DNA of 64,000 bases from a virus (lineage: Duplodnaviria; Caudoviricetes). Shown piece after piece: positions 58,864-64,000 of the stretch (positions within the stretch are counted from its first letter, which is position 1; each line of letters opens with the position of its first letter). The notes below the pieces were generated by a model that saw only the letters and a program-made list of their open reading frames with translations, was not told the origin of the DNA and made no database searches. A program made the position numbers and the translations under genes. Location: the IMG/VR virus record IMGVR_UViG_2888028904_000001, positions 22,954 to 86,953 of that record; one strand, given 5' to 3'.

Positions 58864-59878
58864 ATGCAACTATTTAACGACGACGCACTCTCTGTATTAA
58901 AAACACTACCCGAAAATAGCATTGATTTAATTGTGACTGATCTACCGTATTTCAGAGTGAAATCGTGCGCATGGGATAATCAGTGGGATAGTGTTGAGGT
59001 TTATTTATCGTGGCTCGATGGTGTTCTTGCTGAATTTTGGCGGGTATTAAAACCTAATGGCAGTTTGTATCTATTCTGTGGATCTAAACTTGCGTCAGAT
59101 ACGGAATTGCTTGTTCGTGGGCGATTTAATGTTTTAAGCCATATTATTTGGGCTAAACCCTCAAGGCCATGGCGACGACAAAATAAAGAAAGTCTACGTG
59201 CTTTTTTCCTTCAACAGAACGAATACTTTTTGCTGAGCATTATCAAAAACCAGTCACAGCTAAAATTTCTGAATTTTCTTTAAAATGCAAAGAACTAAAG
59301 CTAGACGTATTTAAGCCATTGATTGATTATTTTAGAAATGCACGGTTAGCACTGCAGGTGAGCGCAAAAGAAATAGACCGGGCAATAGGTAAGCAATGTG
59401 CAGTCATTGGTTCAGCAATAGTCAATGGCAATTACCGAACGAAGAAGACTATAAAAAGTTACAAACACTGTTTACACACATTGCTGATAAACAAGAAAAG
59501 CTATCACCGTTATTTCGTCACTTTAGTGAGTTAGAGCTAGAGCAATTTACATTACAAAAAAACTACCAAGAATTAATAAAAGAATATGGTTTATTAAGAC
59601 GGCCATTCTTTGTGACTGCAGATGTTCCTTACACCGGTGTTTGGACTTATCCCCCTGTTCAATACTATCTCGGCAAGCATCCTTGCGAGAAACCATCAGA
59701 CATGATGGAACATATTATTCGTTCTAGCAGTCTAGAGGGTGATTTAGTAGCCGATTTCTTTATGGGATCAGGGGCAACACTGAAAGCAGCGCTAAAACTG
59801 AATCGAAAGGTTTTGGGTGTTGAAATGGAAAAGGAACGGTTTGAGCAGACTAAGGCTGAAATAGTGTTATCGCAATGA
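58864..59878 (+). pseudogene. DNA methyltransferase pseudogene (homologue of 26372-27397)
   Basis: Split over three frames; DPPY changed to DLPY; HPCEKP and DFFMGSG retained. Confidence 0.85.
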
Positions 59879-59959
59879 GATTGATTTTTGTATCACATTG
59901 CGTATAAGGTAAAAACAGAGTTAACTGTAATCTGTAATAGTTAACGGTAAGGTTCTGAC

Positions 59960-60316
59960 ATGCAACGAAGTGATTTGATTGAGTATATCAAAAATAATTA
60001 TGGTTCAGATCCGGAGTATCTATGGCGCAAATATCCAAATTATGTTGTATTTCGACATTCTGGGAATACTAAGTGGTTTGCCGCCATTATAGATGTTTCT
60101 GCTGATAAATTGCATTCTGGTGATGCTAATACGATTATTGATGTTATTAATGTTAAAGTTCGCCCTGAATTGGTTGGCTCGCTCCGCTTAAAAGATGGGA
60201 TATTTCCTGGCTATCACATGAATAAAGAGCACTGGGTTTCTATCAAGTTAAATGACGGCATTGATGAAACTGAACTTAAATCATTGATTGATGAGAGTTA
60301 CAGATTAACACAGTGA
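59960..60316 (+). CDS. MmcQ/YjbR-family protein
   Basis: PEYLW.KYP, KWFA, PGYHMNKEHW, IDESY.LT. Confidence 0.88.
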   Translation: MQRSDLIEYIKNNYGSDPEYLWRKYPNYVVFRHSGNTKWFAAIIDVSADKLHSGDANTIIDVINVKVRPELVGSLRLKDGIFPGYHMNKEHWVSIKLNDGIDETELKSLIDESYRLTQ

Positions 60317-60374
60317 CCGTATTCACTATAATCGGATAGTTCACATGTTCGGTTATTCCGAATAACTCATTTTG

Positions 60375-60398
60375 AAGATCGCTTAGGCGGTCTTTTTT
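60375..60398 (+). terminator. Rho-independent terminator
   Basis: AAGATCGC-ttag-GCGGTCTT plus T-tract. Confidence 0.7.
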
Positions 60399-60889
60399 CG
60401 TATAAGAGAGGTAGTTATGAGTAATCAAAATTTAGAAGTGTTAGTTAATACGTTGTCAGCACAAGTGATGCAACAAGGGTGACAAATAGTGGATTTACAA
60501 AAACAGCTCGCCAGCATGCAATTAACGAGCTGTGAATTAGAGTGCCACGCTGATGGTTATTTCTAATAACTTTATTGAAATAAAAAAAGATAATGGTTCT
60601 ACTGTTTGCCAGTTAAAGCCATTTTAGTTGTTTGACCTATTAACACTATTTGCTCTTTAACTGGTAGTTCTTTATTCCACTCTAGAGCTTTATCTAACAT
60701 TCTGAATAGACGTTCTTCTTTATTTTTATCATCATCAGTTATTAGCTTTGCTAACAATGAAAATAACAGAGGTATGGCATGAGCCATTTCTTCTGCTTCA
60801 ATTTGTGGATCTTTTATTTTTTCAAATTCATATTCTCACGTTTAACTCACTCACATTAATCATCAAGGGACACTCCGTAGGGGGTATAT

Positions 60890-61159
60890 ATGCGTATGGA
60901 AAAATTAACCAATGATACCTACGGAACAGCTGGCTTAACTGCCTTTTTTGCAAGTCTTTCACTTTATGAATGGGGATTTGTAATAGGGATGGGATTCAGC
61001 ATGCTCCTTGGATTAGCAACTTATTTTATGACACAGCGAGAACAGCGGAAACGAACAGCGTTATTTGCTGAATTAGTTCATCGAAATTGTTCTAGCGATC
61101 CGCAAGACATAGAAAAGATAGTTGGCGAGATGCTGACTAAAGCTAAAAAGGACATGTAG
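60890..61159 (+). CDS. Holin (phage 21 S-like pinholin) with dual-start M-R-M
   Basis: MRMEKLT..TYGT, two TMs, overlaps endolysin start. Confidence 0.75.
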   Translation: MRMEKLTNDTYGTAGLTAFFASLSLYEWGFVIGMGFSMLLGLATYFMTQREQRKRTALFAELVHRNCSSDPQDIEKIVGEMLTKAKKDM

Positions 61160-61629
61160 TGAACCTAAAACAGAAAGTGACAGCAGTTGTAAGCGCCGGT
61201 GTGGTAAGTATTGCGCTAACAGTGATTGGTTACTTTGAGGGGGTACGTTATGAACCATACCGTGATGTTGCTGGAATTCTGACGGTTTGTTATGGACATA
61301 CTGGGAACGACATTATTCAAGGCAAGACATACACACATCAAGAATGTGACGAGTTACTTCAGAAAGACTTTATCAGAACGCAACAACAAGTTGATGTTCT
61401 GGTTAAAGTTCCATTGGATGATAAAACAAAAGCTTCTCTATATTCCTTTGCCTTTAATGTTGGTATCACCGCTTTTGCACGTTCTACATTGCTAAAGAAA
61501 TTAAACGCAGGTGATCAGTATGGCGCTTGTGAAGAAATTAAACGCTGGGTTTATGCAGGAGGAAAGGTTTGGCGAGGGCTTGTCAGTCGTCGAGAGGCGG
61601 AGTCAGCACTATGTCATGGAAAACTTTAA
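61159..61629 (+). CDS. SAR-type endolysin
   Basis: EGVRYEPYRDVAGILTVCYGHT; paralogue of 29576-30046. Confidence 0.9.
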   Translation: MNLKQKVTAVVSAGVVSIALTVIGYFEGVRYEPYRDVAGILTVCYGHTGNDIIQGKTYTHQECDELLQKDFIRTQQQVDVLVKVPLDDKTKASLYSFAFNVGITAFARSTLLKKLNAGDQYGACEEIKRWVYAGGKVWRGLVSRREAESALCHGKL

Positions 61630-61769
61630 TCATCATTATCAGCTTTATCCTCATATTACTTATCACAGTCGCTGGTAGCATTTATCTCTCAATTGATAAT
61701 TCATGTGTTAATGATAAAGCCAGTTTAGAAAAGCGCTGTCAGGTAGCTCTCTCACATTATCGGTACTAA
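61611..61769 (+). CDS. Conserved 52-aa single-TM lysis-cassette protein
   Basis: MSWKTLIII...YLSIDNSCVNDKASLEKRCQVALSHYRY; homologue at 30028-30186. Confidence 0.65.
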   Translation: MSWKTLIIIISFILILLITVAGSIYLSIDNSCVNDKASLEKRCQVALSHYRY

Positions 61770-61779
61770 TTATGAAGCA

Positions 61780-62604
61780 TTGGAAACTTTACATTGTCAT
61801 TGTGATAGTGGCCTTGGTTTACAAGGAAATATTATTCAAAATTACTCAAATGAAAATAAAAAATTCTCATATCCAGAAAAAGTAGAATTGCCTAATAAGG
61901 TAGAAAACAAAAGGATAGAAGCACTATATCCACATCAATTTAATGATGCAATCATTGTATTTCCTAGAAATTCAAACTTACCGCCTTTATATGCCTATTC
62001 GGGCTTTCCCGCAATTGAACTTAAGGATAAAGATCCGAGTCCTCAGCAGGAAAAAGAATTTAATGACATCAAAGATAGCGTGAAATTTACAATTTCATTT
62101 TACGAAAAAGTAACACAGGAATTTGGTAAAAAGGCAGCACAATTATCTAGAGAGTTAGCAGAACAATCTAAAGGAAAAACAATCAGAAATGTAGAAGATG
62201 CTTTACGTACATATGAGAAATATGGGCAGAATATTAATAATAAAATTAATGCCAAAGATCGAGCTGCTATTATAAAAGCATTAGAATCTATTGATGCAAA
62301 ACAGTTAGCTTCAAACTTAGGTAAATTTAGTAAAGGGCTTGGATATACCAATCACGCGATTAATGCCGTGGAATTACTTGTTGAATTTAAAAAAGCGGTT
62401 AAAACGGGAAATTGGCGTCCATTTTTTGTTAAAGGCACTTCAATTGCTGCAGGCATGGCTGTGGTGGCATTGACAGCTTTTGCCTTTAGTTTAATTATTG
62501 GTGGACCTGTTGGAATTTTAGGGTATGCCCTTATCATTGCAACAGTTGGTGCCTTGATTGACGACGCTTTGGTTGAAAAAGTCAGCGGTGCAATTGGTAT
62601 TTAA
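61780..62604 (+). CDS. N-terminally truncated pore-forming colicin (E1/Ia-type pore domain)
   Basis: DAIIVFP.NS.LPPLY, GKTIRNVEDAL, INAKDRAAI, TGNWRPFFVK, hydrophobic hairpin; 5' end overlaps an Rz stub. Confidence 0.8.
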   Translation: METLHCHCDSGLGLQGNIIQNYSNENKKFSYPEKVELPNKVENKRIEALYPHQFNDAIIVFPRNSNLPPLYAYSGFPAIELKDKDPSPQQEKEFNDIKDSVKFTISFYEKVTQEFGKKAAQLSRELAEQSKGKTIRNVEDALRTYEKYGQNINNKINAKDRAAIIKALESIDAKQLASNLGKFSKGLGYTNHAINAVELLVEFKKAVKTGNWRPFFVKGTSIAAGMAVVALTAFAFSLIIGGPVGILGYALIIATVGALIDDALVEKVSGAIGI

Positions 62605-62630
62605 TATGTAGGGTAATAGGATAATCGATT

Positions 62631-62972
62631 TTAATTGGTTATCCTATTTTTTGTGAAATATAAAGCTAGATATATGATGCTAAATGGAATTGAAAATATA
62701 AAACAAAATAAGTGGTATAGAGCTACTCCACCATGTTTAGCTGGTGTATTTATAAATAATCCAGTATTCCAGAATTTTTTTGTTGTATATTTTAATGCGA
62801 ATTTTTCGATAAGCATTTTGGAAAAAGGAAAAAAAATTGCACTAGGTATGCTTAAAGTTAGCATTAATAAGCCTTCAATAGTGTGATCGTTATAATTAAG
62901 ATAAACCATCACCAACATCATAAAATAGCCCCAGAACATATTATTAATATAATATTTTTTAGTCACATCCAA
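62631..62972 (-). CDS. Colicin E1-type immunity protein
   Basis: KYYINNMFWG, FPFSK..IE.FALK, three TMs; convergent with colicin. Confidence 0.8.
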   Translation of the reverse strand: MDVTKKYYINNMFWGYFMMLVMVYLNYNDHTIEGLLMLTLSIPSAIFFPFSKMLIEKFALKYTTKKFWNTGLFINTPAKHGGVALYHLFCFIFSIPFSIIYLALYFTKNRITN

Positions 62973-63223
62973 ATCCTACTAAATAATCAGCTTTTTACAT
63001 GAATGCCATTTTAATGGTAATAGTTCTTATTTTCAATAAATTAAACAGCAATGATTTGCCATTCTTTGCTTCTATCGTTGTGGTATTTATCAGTCATATT
63101 TTGTGTTTTATGTGCAGCAATATCCATTGCTGCCAGATTAACGATAAGCATGACAGTTATCATCATTATTAATTAACAACCACATGGTATAAAGACGGTG
63201 TGATACGGAATTGTTGGTACTAT

Positions 63224-63320
63224 GATAATCATATCATCGGGCATGGTATGGGAGGCATGGGAACGAACGCTTATAACTTATTCACTATTCCATTATGTCA
63301 GCAACATCATGATGAGTTAC
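63224..63320 (+). pseudogene. DUF968/YdfU-like phage gene fragment
   Basis: HIIGHGMGGMGTNAYNLFTIPLCQQHHDEL. Confidence 0.65.
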
Positions 63321-63620
63321 TTGTTTATTATCCCATCAAGTAATGATGTATTTATGGCTCTTGCCGAAAATTTATTTTCTTTACTATCGACGGCTTTGTA
63401 ACAATCAGTATCTTTTGTGAGATTTAGTGGTTTCTGGCTTTTGCTTATTACGATGATATCGAAAGATTTTTGGTATTTTGGAACACCGTAGATAACAACA
63501 GTGCTTTCAGTTGATGATTTTACTTCTATAATCAGATTTTCTGCAATATTAGAAAATATAGCAGAAAATGAACTGAGCGTACTTATTATCAGGACTAACG
63601 GTTGAAGCTTATTTGTATTA
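63317..63620 (-). pseudogene. Start-less fragment of an exported protein (DUF4354-like)
   Basis: Open frame with signal-like LVLIISTLSSFSA and YQKSFDIIV...CYKAVD; no ATG behind the AGGA RBS. Confidence 0.35.
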
Positions 63621-63802
63621 TGTCCTGCATATTTTAGATATATTGAAAGGATAATTAATCGGATGATATTTTGATATAAGAATTGCTCTTACTTTATCAT
63701 TATAAGTTTTTTTTGCACTGTATCGTTGTCACTTTTTATTAGATGCATTTTGTGTTATAAACTGAAAAACATAAAACTTTGCTTAATTTAGTTAAAATTT
63801 AT

Positions 63803-64000
63803 ATGAAACTACAACTGTTAACGTTATTAGCCATTTTTTTTATATCCGGTTGTTCAACTTCCCAGTCTGATGTTGACAGATATAATCGAAATTCTCAAAA
63901 AGTTGATCCGTACTCTGATAGTGTTTTTAACACAATAAAAGATAATCAGCGTGTTTACCAAGATCAATTAGAAAGAAAAAGTATGGGACGTAATTTTTAA
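63803..64000 (+). CDS. Small lipoprotein
   Basis: Lipobox FISGC. Confidence 0.7.
   Translation: MKLQLLTLLAIFFISGCSTSQSDVDRYNRNSQKVDPYSDSVFNTIKDNQRVYQDQLERKSMGRNF

Larger units (their letters stand above)
56467..63620. mobile_element. Element 3: decayed lambdoid prophage remnant (right boundary uncertain)
   Basis: Integrase, MTase pseudogene, holin, endolysin, Rz stub, DUF968-like fragment. Confidence 0.65.

Noticed and set aside
60418-60830. Short ORFs between yjbR-like gene and holin (including 60599-60787)
   Set aside because: One has an internal stop and the other has no recognisable motif; too weak to call.
1-64000. CRISPR arrays, tRNA or rRNA genes
   Set aside because: No regularly spaced repeats, cloverleaf or rRNA-like sequence recognised by eye; a tRNAscan/Infernal run would be needed to exclude them fully.

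Overview
AT-rich enterobacterial chromosome (probably Proteus/Morganellaceae; an inference, not proven) with three lambdoid prophage-derived elements in tandem. They are separated by two near-identical 164-bp copies of the 3' end of icd (19464-19627 and 56303-56466), each followed by an icd-type integrase. (1) 1-~19460: right half of an apparently intact HK97-like siphoprophage (protease, capsid, tail, Lom, Cor-like lipoprotein), ending in an IS-scarred cargo patch with a divergent RelA/SpoT small alarmone synthetase pair and a PIN-like gene. (2) ~19464-56466: a ~37-kb defective lambdoid element with intact Int/Xis/CI/Rep/Q, an Hcp-effector cassette in place of the holin, a lambda-like cos, an in-frame terminase::tape-measure fusion that deletes all head and tail-tube genes, and a broken J gene. 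It ends in a defence island: a complete Ec78-like type I-A retron (msr-msd, RT, PtuA, PtuB), a REase-NACHT, an HNH-HEPN and an unknown 433-aa Zn-ribbon protein. (3) 56467-~63600: a decayed remnant with a dead integrase, YagU, an MTase pseudogene, holin/endolysin and a truncated pore-forming colicin plus immunity gene inserted into Rz. No rRNA, tRNA or CRISPR array was seen. All family calls come from motif recognition by eye; no database search was run.
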